The notes under the pieces were generated by a model. The model searched no databases. It was not told the origin of the DNA and worked only from the letters and a program-made list of their open reading frames with translations. This document shows positions 20,002 through 29,442 of a stretch of 64,000 bases of DNA, in pieces. This stretch comes from Candidatus Latescibacterota bacterium. Lineage in GTDB: Bacteria > Latescibacterota > UBA2968. The translations under genes were made by a program, and so were the position numbers. Numbering within the stretch: position 1 is the stretch's first letter; every line of letters starts with the position of its first letter. Location of the stretch: assembly GCA_965205975.1 (NCBI GenBank), contig OZ242195.1, positions 5,184,001 through 5,248,000 on the forward strand. The letters run 5' to 3'.

Positions 20002-21240
20002 TTATCCAAATAATTCCCGATATTCTCGTTCAAATGCGTCCGTTCCGTCGTCCAGTTTTAATTCCAGGCGGATGCCCGGTAGAAAGCCCGTTAGTCGGCC
20101 CGCCAAAAAGTCTTCGCGATAGCTTCCGTCCGGATAATGGGTCTGTCGTCCGTCGGGCCAGCATATTGTGTGAATTTGTCGTTTTTCTTCGAGTTTGAAA
20201 TCGGGGTCAACGCGATAGTGCTCAATGACGTCCCAATGGAGTTCAATGCCCAATCCCGGCGCATCGGGTACGCGTATATGCCCGCCTTCCACTTTAAAGT
20301 CTTTGACGAGTGGATGCGTCCAGATGTTCACGCAGGGGATCGCGGGCCAGCGCGCGTGAGATAATACAGCGCCCAAATGCACGCTCCACATGGTGGTCAA
20401 TCCCGATCCCACCAGTTGTAGCCAGAATGGCATGTTGGCTTCTGCTGCGAGGGTGCCCTGTTTCATGACGCGACTCGCGCCACCACCTACGACAAATCCG
20501 TCGCATACGCCCTCGCGCACGGCTGTCATAAAGGGCGGGTTGCCAAAGTGCATGGCAATGGGGCTGGCGATTTTTTGCCGCAACAGGGCGTTGCCCGCTA
20601 CGTCGTTTTGCGGGATTGGCGTTTCGACCATTGCCAGTTGGCTATACGTGTCTTCTAACCGTCGGATCAAGGGTGCGGCGTAATCTTCGCCGAGCAATAG
20701 GCCATTGAAGTCTGCATCGATTTTGAAATAATTCGGTACAGATTTTTTTATGGCTTCAAATTGTTCTTCGGGATAAAACCAGGGGCGAGCCTTGACTTTC
20801 ATTGTGGTGAATCCGTGGTCTATCGCTGCCAGTGCTTCCATAACCCATTCTTCGGGGGTGCGGTCCTGCGACCACCACGATACGGGGCATGTTTCTCGAT
20901 ATTGTGCGCCCAGTAGTTTGTGACACGGTACGCCGAGTGTTTTTCCCGCTGCGTCGAAGAGTGCCATTTGCAAGCCCGCGCCCAGGCTGTCATCCCACAA
21001 ATGATCGAATATGTTCTTTCCGCGCACGCGGGCGAATTGTCTCTCATTTGATTGCCCCCACGTATATCGCGTCAGGGTTTCGCCATATCCGGTTACGCCC
21101 GCAGAGGTCGTTATTTTGCACACATCTACAAGTGACCAAAACGGTACCCGAGTTTGTTTTACTTTTGCACACCGCGGATGAAATGGGACGTGCAGAAGGA
21201 TGTGTTCAATATCCGCAACTTCGCAGTCTTTGGAGGTCAT
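20002..21240 (-). CDS. Mandelate racemase/muconate lactonizing enzyme (enolase superfamily)
   Basis: GYGE, ALFDAAGKTLGVP, KVK, DADFN, VETP, VPDAPGLG. Confidence 0.85.
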   Translation of the reverse strand: MTSKDCEVADIEHILLHVPFHPRCAKVKQTRVPFWSLVDVCKITTSAGVTGYGETLTRYTWGQSNERQFARVRGKNIFDHLWDDSLGAGLQMALFDAAGKTLGVPCHKLLGAQYRETCPVSWWSQDRTPEEWVMEALAAIDHGFTTMKVKARPWFYPEEQFEAIKKSVPNYFKIDADFNGLLLGEDYAAPLIRRLEDTYSQLAMVETPIPQNDVAGNALLRQKIASPIAMHFGNPPFMTAVREGVCDGFVVGGGASRVMKQGTLAAEANMPFWLQLVGSGLTTMWSVHLGAVLSHARWPAIPCVNIWTHPLVKDFKVEGGHIRVPDAPGLGIELHWDVIEHYRVDPDFKLEEKRQIHTICWPDGRQTHYPDGSYREDFLAGRLTGFLPGIRLELKLDDGTDAFEREYRELFG

Positions 21241-21331
21241 TTTGATCTCTCTTTCTCGGATGGTTAAATACCTGTATTTTCAGCGTAGCAATTCTCCGCG
21301 CTAAGTGGTTTTTCAAAGACGAAAGGCGGTT

Positions 21332-21364
21332 GTCATTGCGGCATGGTGTAAGCCGCAATCCAGA
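21332..21364. repeat. Palindromic REP-like element GTCATTGCGG..CCGCAATCCAG (copy 1)
   Basis: Near-identical to 59477-59509 and related to 55205-55258; internal hairpin ATTGCGGC/GCCGCAAT. Confidence 0.75.
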
Positions 21365-21381
21365 AGGGTTTTTCCGTTTTT

Positions 21382-21960
21382 TTAAGCCTTTCCAACGAGC
21401 CTTTTGAATTGCAGACTGCCTCTGGCAGGCGCGTTGATTTTTAGCATGCGTTCGGGAATGTCATGCTGACCAGATTTTGGCTCTATCAGCGTTTCCCGTT
21501 TTGCTACCCCAATATTTTTTATGCTGATAAAACGCTGTTGGTAATTCTTTTTTTCGAGAAATGCCGACTCTTGCCAGAATTCCTGACCAATGGCGCGACA
21601 ATAGGCAACAAGGCATTGTGCCCCGCGCAATTGTTGCGCAACTTCTTTTTCCGAATCGCCTTTGCCACTTTTCATTTCAATGTGAACAATCCAGTTTGTT
21701 CTATCATCACTGGCGATGACCACATAATCGGCTCGCTTGCATTCTCCATTGTTGTTTTTGAAAATATTGTTTGGAGGCGGGAAAGCATCCGCTTTGAACG
21801 CGATAATATCATCCGGCACGTTGCGTATTTTCAGAGAATACGCTGATTGTGTTTGATTGCCGGGTTCCTCCAGCACAATAATTTTTTTGTTGTATTCATA
21901 CTCAATTGAGGCCAATGCTTCAGTTTTAATCAGGTCTTGCAATATGTCAAAATCATTCAT
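21382..21960 (-). CDS. Hypothetical protein, PD-(D/E)XK nuclease-like
   Basis: KRADYVVI..IVHIEMKS..QL pattern; overlaps the ATPase stop by 8 bp. Confidence 0.6.
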   Translation of the reverse strand: MNDFDILQDLIKTEALASIEYEYNKKIIVLEEPGNQTQSAYSLKIRNVPDDIIAFKADAFPPPNNIFKNNNGECKRADYVVIASDDRTNWIVHIEMKSGKGDSEKEVAQQLRGAQCLVAYCRAIGQEFWQESAFLEKKNYQQRFISIKNIGVAKRETLIEPKSGQHDIPERMLKINAPARGSLQFKRLVGKA

Positions 21961-23359
21961 CCCCGCCCCACACAATGGCTTCCTGAATCTCATTCATTTT
22001 GTTGATGGTCTTGTCGAAACTGCGTGCCTCAATCCCCAGTTCTGGATCTATCCTGGCTGGCACAAGTGTTTGATGTCGGCTTCGCCTACTTCTGTTTTCC
22101 AACTTCATCAATGCTTCCTCTGCGATATAAACCCTGATTTTGTCAGCAGATATAAGCTCTTCGGTTTTGTAGCCTTCCTCTTCTGCGATTTGTTTGAGGT
22201 AGGGCTTGTCCTGATTCAGCATAATCAGGGTGTTGAGTTCCTTGACAATATAATCGCTGTGCGTAGTCACGAAGACTCGGATACCCAGATTTACCAAACG
22301 CGCAAAGAGCCGGGCCATGCGGCACTGGTTTTCCGGGTGCAGGTTTAATTCTGGCTCATCTATCATCAGCAGGTCACCGGGTTTTGCGACATGGCGCAGA
22401 TAAAAGCCAATGTCCAATAGGGAACGCACTGCGCTGGAACTCTCGTCCATTGTCAGCTTCTGTTGTTTGCCTGCGGGTTTGAAATAGATCGTGTCATTAC
22501 TTTCCGCGATATACTCACCGCCGATAATATCGGCAAAATCATTCAGGATTTGTGGATGGTGTTCAACAAGAAAGCTGTCTTCCCTACCAATATTCTCAAG
22601 CCTTCGGATAAAATCTACATTGACTTTGACGGGTAGAGGGTAGTCCTGATAGGATTTAAATAACAATTCCATCGGATCAAATTCGCTGCTGTCTGCTTGA
22701 CTCATTTCTTCCAGCAAGCGGTTTCGAGCAAAATTCAGTTCTTGGCGAAAAATTGCCGCGCCAGTGCGCTCTGCACTGGCGATAAAAGATCGGGGGAAAA
22801 ATGGGTCAAAGAGTAATTTAATAATTCCGTTTGATATTACTTCGCTAATCACTCTGGTCATGCTGGTGGGCAATACGCTCATCCTCTTATCCATGAGCAA
22901 TGAAACCACCAAGTCCTTTTCTCCTGCTTCCTTAAACAACGAAAGAAAATCGTCTTCAGCGGATCGCATTCTATGATCAAAAGCGCGGCTTTTTATAGAT
23001 GACATCGTTTCTTGTACAAGAGATACTTGAAAAGTCGTATCTTTGAAGTGGTTTGACTTCGCAGCAAAGATTCTCGGCAGTTCCATAGCGTATTTTCGGC
23101 AACCCCATCTAAGGATGTCATCTGCTTTTAGAGCATAAGGCTCAATATCAATCCGCGTTACACCATCCTTCAGTAAAGCATCGATAGTTTGATTGGGAAT
23201 TTCGACTTCCAGTAAGCTTTCCCAATGCTGTAAAAAGCCAAAAAGGGCATACGTAGCATAGGTTTTTCCCGTATTATTGCCGCCGCAAACAAGGGTCAGT
23301 CCGCCCAGTTCAAATTCCGCCTGTTTTAGGACACCCAGATTTTTCACGTTTATTTTCAT
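21953..23359 (-). CDS. AAA_15/AAA_21 ABC-type ATPase (AbiEii/RloA/AriA-like)
   Basis: GGNNTGKT, AERTG, SSSAVRSL, IDEPELNLHP, TTHS. Confidence 0.85.
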   Translation of the reverse strand: MKINVKNLGVLKQAEFELGGLTLVCGGNNTGKTYATYALFGFLQHWESLLEVEIPNQTIDALLKDGVTRIDIEPYALKADDILRWGCRKYAMELPRIFAAKSNHFKDTTFQVSLVQETMSSIKSRAFDHRMRSAEDDFLSLFKEAGEKDLVVSLLMDKRMSVLPTSMTRVISEVISNGIIKLLFDPFFPRSFIASAERTGAAIFRQELNFARNRLLEEMSQADSSEFDPMELLFKSYQDYPLPVKVNVDFIRRLENIGREDSFLVEHHPQILNDFADIIGGEYIAESNDTIYFKPAGKQQKLTMDESSSAVRSLLDIGFYLRHVAKPGDLLMIDEPELNLHPENQCRMARLFARLVNLGIRVFVTTHSDYIVKELNTLIMLNQDKPYLKQIAEEEGYKTEELISADKIRVYIAEEALMKLENRSRRSRHQTLVPARIDPELGIEARSFDKTINKMNEIQEAIVWGGDE

Positions 23360-23449
23360 ATCGTCACCTTTATTGATGGTATTATCTGGTTCTCCTGTCT
23401 CCTTGATAGAAATTTCGACGGATTTGGCGATCCAGCAGGCGTCTAAAAC

Positions 23450-24121
23450 TTATACAATCAACCGACCAATATCGCAGTTGTGCGCGTCGCAATACCACAG
23501 GATGCCGTCGTGGCTGGTCATGCCGTGGACTTCGTCGGGTGCTTCTACGCGGATTACGTCGTACACACGGCCATCTGCTGTGCCCAGTAAGTTTACCGTG
23601 CCTGCGGATGTGTCCGCTACCCATAGTTTGTCGTCTTGCCAGGCCAAGCCGTGGTTGCGGAGGCCAGGTGTTCGAAATGCGTGTTCTTCTGTCCAGGTTT
23701 CGGCATCTACCACATGTACAAATTGGGAGGGGGGGGACGCAATGTATATTTTGCCGTCGCGCCATTCCAATCCGTGTGCGCCGGTTTCTGAGGCTCCTTC
23801 CATGCCTTCGCGCCAGGATGCGACGCCAACGCCGGGAGAATCGTATTTTGCAATGGTTTTGCCGGTTTTTATATCGAGTTTTGCTATTTGTAATTCAAAT
23901 GTGGATGCGATCCACACATATCCGCCACCGATTGTAATTCCACTGGAATGTTCTGTGTCTGTTTGCGCCTCAAATAGTACGTCGCCCGTGTCCCAATCTA
24001 CTTTGTAAATTTTCAGATCTACCTGGTCGATAATCCACAGGCCATCCGGCGCGGCTTGCAATCCATTTGGCTGCGGTCCCGGACTCTTGAAACGCTTTTC
24101 GACCTTTGCTATTTTTATCAT
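23450..24121 (-). CDS. Small beta-propeller protein (glutamine cyclotransferase/Vgb-like)
   Basis: Repeated (P/A)xGLxxxxGxLW blades; AGGAG RBS. Confidence 0.65.
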   Translation of the reverse strand: MIKIAKVEKRFKSPGPQPNGLQAAPDGLWIIDQVDLKIYKVDWDTGDVLFEAQTDTEHSSGITIGGGYVWIASTFELQIAKLDIKTGKTIAKYDSPGVGVASWREGMEGASETGAHGLEWRDGKIYIASPPSQFVHVVDAETWTEEHAFRTPGLRNHGLAWQDDKLWVADTSAGTVNLLGTADGRVYDVIRVEAPDEVHGMTSHDGILWYCDAHNCDIGRLIV

Positions 24122-24304
24122 GGTATGGCTCCTGTTTGTTAGTGGTCGCCCGCTGACTCAACCTTTATTGGCATTATTGCGGTACTGACGTTGTGCTCCG
24201 CGTCCAGAGGGCAGTTCCCCTCCTTCTACTTATCCTAAAACCACGTATGACGTAATGTAATACATCTTTTGCTTGAAGCAAGACATTGTACTACTACATT
24301 TTCT

Positions 24305-24333
24305 TTGACTTGCCGACTTTCGAGTGCCATTTT
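24305..24333 (+). promoter_or_regulatory. Candidate sigma70 promoter for a leaderless transcript
   Basis: TTGACT-17 nt-CATTTT with TG extension; ATG 24341 lies 7 nt after the -10 and has no SD. Confidence 0.45.
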
Positions 24334-24340
24334 GTTTTAC

Positions 24341-25195
24341 ATGATTCGATTTCCCGAAAATATCAAGGCAGTGTTTTTCCATTTTTGCGCGCGTTTTCAA
24401 CGCTGGCTCGAAGATGTACGTGTGGCTTTGCGTCGCATAAGGTACCTGCGTCCGTTGGCAGTGACGCTGCTTCTGGTAGTCCTGATCGGTGCAGGTGTTG
24501 TCTGGAGCGAATACCATACCAATTGGTTTGCGCGACGCCTTGGAGTTTTTTTGCTTTCGACCAATGCTTTGCGCCCTGAAAGTGGTGCAATCTGGAAGGA
24601 TATTCAAGCACAGGCGCGAACTCAGCAAGCTATTGATACAGCCGATCCTTTGCCTGTGCCACGAGTGGGTTTGCCCGATGCTGTTTCATACAGTCGTTTT
24701 GAAGGTTCGCGTGTGCCCGAATCTGGTGTTCCGGGCTATGTCGCGATTTACAAGATCCCTTTGCCGGGTGTTGATCTCAATACCAGACCTCTCGGCGATG
24801 TGATCGCCAGTTTGCGCGTTTATCGTCAGGGGCTTGCGATTGTCAAATCATTGCATTTGCCGGATGTGCATTTCCACGCAGAGGTACGCAAACAGATTGA
24901 TTACCTGTATGATCAAGTGGGCGATATTGAGGCTGTCGCGCCAGATAGCCTTGGGGTGGTTGATCCCGATTCGCTCAAGGCTGCTGTTTTTTTCGAACTC
25001 GCCACCGAGGTTATTCCCGATTTGAGACTGCGAGAGAAAGAGGCTCTGATTGAGGCTTATGAAAATGGAGAGATTGCGCAAATTTTCTTGTATCGCGATC
25101 TCGGTCGTTTTCGCGGTGAGCTTTTCCGCGAGGGAAGTCGGGCACCTGTTGTTTTTGAAATTGAGGCGGGTGCTGTTTCCGAAATTGTGGAGTAA
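24341..25195 (+). CDS. Hypothetical membrane-anchored protein
   Basis: Long ORF with one N-terminal TM helix; stop overlaps the PBP start (TAATG). Confidence 0.7.
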   Translation: MIRFPENIKAVFFHFCARFQRWLEDVRVALRRIRYLRPLAVTLLLVVLIGAGVVWSEYHTNWFARRLGVFLLSTNALRPESGAIWKDIQAQARTQQAIDTADPLPVPRVGLPDAVSYSRFEGSRVPESGVPGYVAIYKIPLPGVDLNTRPLGDVIASLRVYRQGLAIVKSLHLPDVHFHAEVRKQIDYLYDQVGDIEAVAPDSLGVVDPDSLKAAVFFELATEVIPDLRLREKEALIEAYENGEIAQIFLYRDLGRFRGELFREGSRAPVVFEIEAGAVSEIVE

Positions 25196-27261
25196 TGGCG
25201 CATCTTATGAATTTAATCTCACATCGCGGTCTTTTCCTCATCATTTTGCTCATTGCCGATGTTTTGCTCATTGTGTTGGGCGCGGCCTGCTGGCTCATTA
25301 TGACATTGCCGAGGTTGCCCGATGATCCCGATAGCTTATTGGCGGAGTCCGGTATTAATATTTATGCAGCTTCTGGGGAGTTGCTCTATACGGTTAATCA
25401 GCGCGTGGGGCGCGTTGGTTTCGATGAGGTGCATCCGCATTTTGTTCAGGCTGTGCTATCTATTGAAGATGCGGATTTTTATCATCACCGCGGGTATAGT
25501 ATTAAGGGTATGGTCGGAGCTTTTTTTAATAATATTAGACACTGGGGCAGGGTGCGGGGCGGCAGCACGATCACGCAGCAGATTGTGAAAAATATATTTC
25601 TCACGCGAGAAAAGTTTTATGTGCGAAAGCTAAAAGAAATTCTTCTTGCTACGCAACTCGAAGCTCTTTTTGAACGTCACTACGGTGCGGGCTATAAAGA
25701 CCGATTGTTCGAGATTTATATCAATGGCAGTTTTTACGGTGCCAATGCTTATGGTATTGCCGATGCAGCGCAGACCTATTTTGGCAAGCGCGCTGCGGAT
25801 CTTACACTTCTCGAATCTGCAATACTTGCCGGGCTTCCCAATGCGCCGAGTGTGCTCAATCCCTTTCGCAAAGACCAATCGCGCGTTCTGGCGCGTGCCA
25901 GGCTTGTCTTAAACCGCATGCAGGCATTGGGTTTTATTAGTTCAGAGGAAGTACAGAATGCGCTGGCCTCGGAATTGCAACTCGTTTCGGAACGTATGCC
26001 CCAGAATCGAACGCCGTACTTTGTCGAGACGATTAAAGCGGAGGTTACACGCTTGTGGGGCGCTCAGGCGCTGAGTTTTGGCGGTCTGAATATTTATACG
26101 ACGCTCGATTTGTCTATGCAACAGGCTGCCGAGCGTGCCGTAGCCAGGGGTTTGGTCGATCTGGATGCGCGTTTGGGGTTTTCGGATTATGGCAGTGCGT
26201 CATCTGAACAGCGTGCCGATTATGTACAGGGTGCGTTGATTTGCCTGGATCCGCGCACTGGATATGTCAAAGCTATGGTGGGTGGGCGCGATATTTTTAT
26301 CAGTTATTACAACCGCGCCACGCAGGCGCAGCGTCAACCGGGTTCGAGTTTTAAGCCTTTTGTCTATTTGGCGGCTTTTGAGAGCGGTACTTTTTCGCCG
26401 GTTTCTCTTTTTCATGATACGTTGCGTACCTATCGCGTGAACGATGAGGACTGGACGCCTAAGAATTTTGCGGATAAATATCTGGGGCTTACGACTGCGG
26501 CGAATGCACTGGTCAAGTCGGCAAATGCGACGAGTGTGCAAATTGCAATGGATATTGGTCCCGAACGCATTGTCGATCTGGCCCAACGTCTGGGTATTCA
26601 GAGCAAGCTCAAACCGTATCCCAGTATTGCCCTGGGCGCGCAGGAGGTTACGTTGCTCGATATGGCGGTTGCCTATGGCGCGATTGCCAGTTATGGTTTT
26701 CGTGTGATGCCGACGTTTATTGCGCGGATTGAGGATACTACAGGGGAAATACACTATGAGCATCGGCCAAATCCCAGGCTTGTTATCGATCCCGAACAGG
26801 CGGTGATTATGGTCAATTTGATGCAGCATGTTGTTAATCGCGGCACGGGTCGCGCGATTCGCGCGTTTGGGTTTCAGGGTGCTGCCGCGGGGAAGACCGG
26901 TACGACAAATGACAATACGGATGCCTGGTTCACGGGGTTTACACCCGATCTGGTTGCGAGTGTTTGGATTGGGTTTGACAACCGCGAGGGCGGCCGTCGG
27001 CTGATCGAGAAGAGGAGCAGACGCCAGATTACCGGCGGGAGTGGCGCTGCACCGATATGGGCAGCGTTTATGAAGAGTGCAGGTAAACCCTCGCGGGACT
27101 TTATTACGCCTACAGGCGTTGCCGCACATACTGTGAATTTGCGGAGCGGTATTGCCGATACTTCTGATGGGGCTGTGACCCTCGTCCTGCCCGAAGGTGT
27201 GGTGCCCAATACACCGGCGGATACGTTGCGGTTTTTTAAAGAAATGGATATGAAACAATAA
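25195..27261 (+). CDS. Class A penicillin-binding protein (PBP1A family)
   Basis: EDADFYHHRG, GGSTITQQ, RKLKE transglycosylase motifs; SSFK, SAN, KTG transpeptidase motifs. Confidence 0.93.
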   Translation: MAHLMNLISHRGLFLIILLIADVLLIVLGAACWLIMTLPRLPDDPDSLLAESGINIYAASGELLYTVNQRVGRVGFDEVHPHFVQAVLSIEDADFYHHRGYSIKGMVGAFFNNIRHWGRVRGGSTITQQIVKNIFLTREKFYVRKLKEILLATQLEALFERHYGAGYKDRLFEIYINGSFYGANAYGIADAAQTYFGKRAADLTLLESAILAGLPNAPSVLNPFRKDQSRVLARARLVLNRMQALGFISSEEVQNALASELQLVSERMPQNRTPYFVETIKAEVTRLWGAQALSFGGLNIYTTLDLSMQQAAERAVARGLVDLDARLGFSDYGSASSEQRADYVQGALICLDPRTGYVKAMVGGRDIFISYYNRATQAQRQPGSSFKPFVYLAAFESGTFSPVSLFHDTLRTYRVNDEDWTPKNFADKYLGLTTAANALVKSANATSVQIAMDIGPERIVDLAQRLGIQSKLKPYPSIALGAQEVTLLDMAVAYGAIASYGFRVMPTFIARIEDTTGEIHYEHRPNPRLVIDPEQAVIMVNLMQHVVNRGTGRAIRAFGFQGAAAGKTGTTNDNTDAWFTGFTPDLVASVWIGFDNREGGRRLIEKRSRRQITGGSGAAPIWAAFMKSAGKPSRDFITPTGVAAHTVNLRSGIADTSDGAVTLVLPEGVVPNTPADTLRFFKEMDMKQ

Positions 27262-27282
27262 CCCCGATGCAAAGGAGACACC

Positions 27283-27653
27283 ATGGAACCCTGGTCTTTT
27301 CTTCATATCTGCGATATGCAGCCCGGTTCGCCCCGGTCTTTTCGCTTTAATCAGCGAAATATGGACAATTGGCAGACGGCGTGTCCATTGTCCTCAGCGG
27401 ACATATTCACTGCCGCCGTCCGCCCCAGGTTGTTGAGGGTATTTCTTTTTACCGCTGCGCGGGTATAGCGATGCCCCAGGGGGCTGACCGATGGGACGAT
27501 GGCGATCCCACGTTGGGGTTCTATCGTTTTGACGTGACAGACGCTGATATAACCCCTACATTTATTCCTCTGATTGAGGAATCGCAATCCAACGAGGGTT
27601 ATGGTCCAGGGGGTCATCCCAGGCCTGAGGAACGCGATTATTCTCTCGCGTAG
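27283..27653 (+). pseudogene. Calcineurin-like metallophosphoesterase with internal deletion and frameshift
   Basis: AAGGAG RBS + MEPWSFLHICDMQPG in one frame and VLSGHIH..GFYRFDV in another; central GD and GNH motifs missing. Confidence 0.7.
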
Positions 27654-27671
27654 GAAAAATAGGAGTGTCTT

Positions 27672-29414
27672 ATGTCTGTTTTACATATTACGTCACCTGT
27701 TGCCCCTCCTGAGTGGGCACTTTTGCAACGGGAACTTATGCGCGCGCAGGCTACGGCGTGCGAGGTTTTTTATCACCGATATTTCGACGTCCGGGGGTAT
27801 CTCAAGTGCATTCCACGGTGGGGGGGTAACGATGGGCCAGATGATGCGATAGAAAATCTTACCGGGTATTCGATGGTGCATACGCTGGGTGGGCCAAAGC
27901 TTATGCTCGATCTTTACAAGCAGGCGTGGGAAGGGCATATTGAACAGTATTCCGAGGCGAAAACCGAGGTTGTGCCCATTGGACGCGATGGTATGTATTA
28001 CAAGGAGTTTCCCGCGTGTTTCGATTGGTTCCACCACGGGGAGTCGCTTACCATTTTTAATTTGCAGGGGCTGTCCGATCCGCATGAGGTTACTTTTGGT
28101 CATCGCGTGCGTCGGTACGCTGGTTTTTATATGGACGAAGATCCCCAGGCGAAGAATTATGATCCCGAGCATAAAGTAATCCGTAGTCTTTTCAATGGCA
28201 GCCGGGGACCTTTGTTGAGAAAAGCTACGGGTCTTGATTGGGCAGGGGATCCCTTTGAGGTTGAGGGGCGTTTTCCCGCGCCGCGCCACGGTGAGCGCAA
28301 TTTTGAAGAGATGCTTATGCATTTTGAAGATTATACCGATGTGATTGGCGATCATCCCCTGAATTTGGCGGCTACTACACTGGGTATCAATGCGTTTGCG
28401 CTGGCTGGTGAGGAGAAATACCGCTCATGGTTGCTGGGATACGTGGATGCGTGGGCTGAGCGCGCGGCTGAGAATAATGGTATTCTTCCGTCCAATATCG
28501 GTCTTGACGGTGCGATTGGCGGTGCGTGTGATGGCAAGTGGTATGGCGGCTGTTATGGCTGGGGATTTACTGTGGTTGTTCCGCAAACAGGCGCGCTTTC
28601 CAATCGCAATTCCATAGCCCGCGGCATTGCGGGGTTTGGCAATGCCCTGCTTCTGACGGGTGATTCCAAATATCCTATTGTCTGGCGCACTATGATCAAT
28701 GCGGTGAATAGCAATAGCAAGGATGTCGATGGGAAAGTACAATATCCGCATATGCACGGGGATGATGGCTGGTATAGCTATAGCTCCCAGCCCTTTAATC
28801 AGGGGGCGCTCGATGTGTATTACTGGACAATGGATGAGGCCGATCTTCAATACATTTCTTCAGATCCATGGATAGACTATCTCCGCGGGAATAATCCCGA
28901 CCATCCCACACGCACGTTGCGAAATGCTTTGAGCGCGATCCGCGGGAAGATGGAAAATGTGCGCAATGATACGTCTTCTACAGATACCCGCTTGTCCGAT
29001 GATCCATTGCCGTATAATCCAGCAACTACTGTGAATGCGCTTATACAGCTCCAACTGGGTGGTTTGGCGCCGCGTCACGGCGAACCCTTGCATTGTCGCG
29101 TGCGTTATTTTGATCCCGAGAATCGCCGTACTGGATTGCCGGCGGATGTGGCTGCTCTCGTCGAATCGTTGAGCGCGGATAGTGTTGTGCTGTCACTCGT
29201 GAATGTCAATCAGACCGAACACCGCGATCTCATTATACAGAGTGGGGCTTATGCAGAACACCAGATTACTGCCGCTGAGGTTGATGGCAGTATATCTGAT
29301 CTCGATGCATCGTGGATGTCCGTTCGCCTTGGTCCCGGTTGCGGCGCGCGACTTGCACTTAAAACAGAACGCTATGTCAATTCGCCCACTTTTGCGTTTC
29401 CATGGGAGAGATAG
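27672..29414 (+). CDS. Conserved hypothetical protein (possible alpha/alpha-barrel, lyase/glycosidase-like)
   Basis: 580-aa ORF with AGGAG RBS; Trp/Gly-rich motifs (DWFHHGE, GKWYGGCYGW). Confidence 0.7.
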   Translation: MSVLHITSPVAPPEWALLQRELMRAQATACEVFYHRYFDVRGYLKCIPRWGGNDGPDDAIENLTGYSMVHTLGGPKLMLDLYKQAWEGHIEQYSEAKTEVVPIGRDGMYYKEFPACFDWFHHGESLTIFNLQGLSDPHEVTFGHRVRRYAGFYMDEDPQAKNYDPEHKVIRSLFNGSRGPLLRKATGLDWAGDPFEVEGRFPAPRHGERNFEEMLMHFEDYTDVIGDHPLNLAATTLGINAFALAGEEKYRSWLLGYVDAWAERAAENNGILPSNIGLDGAIGGACDGKWYGGCYGWGFTVVVPQTGALSNRNSIARGIAGFGNALLLTGDSKYPIVWRTMINAVNSNSKDVDGKVQYPHMHGDDGWYSYSSQPFNQGALDVYYWTMDEADLQYISSDPWIDYLRGNNPDHPTRTLRNALSAIRGKMENVRNDTSSTDTRLSDDPLPYNPATTVNALIQLQLGGLAPRHGEPLHCRVRYFDPENRRTGLPADVAALVESLSADSVVLSLVNVNQTEHRDLIIQSGAYAEHQITAAEVDGSISDLDASWMSVRLGPGCGARLALKTERYVNSPTFAFPWER

Positions 29415-29442
29415 ATTTAGAAATCAATAAAAGGAGTTTCTT

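Noticed and set aside
24125..24235. Riboswitch or leader peptide upstream of the beta-propeller gene
   Set aside because: There is an SD-like AAGGAGGGG on the minus strand but no properly spaced ATG/GTG, and I recognise no aptamer consensus
26200..27306. 368-aa antisense ORF
   Set aside because: Shadow of the PBP1A gene with no motifs; the same applies to 33357..34229, 37842..38771, 59371..60108 and similar ORFs
27372..27382. Programmed ribosomal frameshift in the phosphoesterase
   Set aside because: No slippery heptamer, and the joined product would still lack the central catalytic motifs
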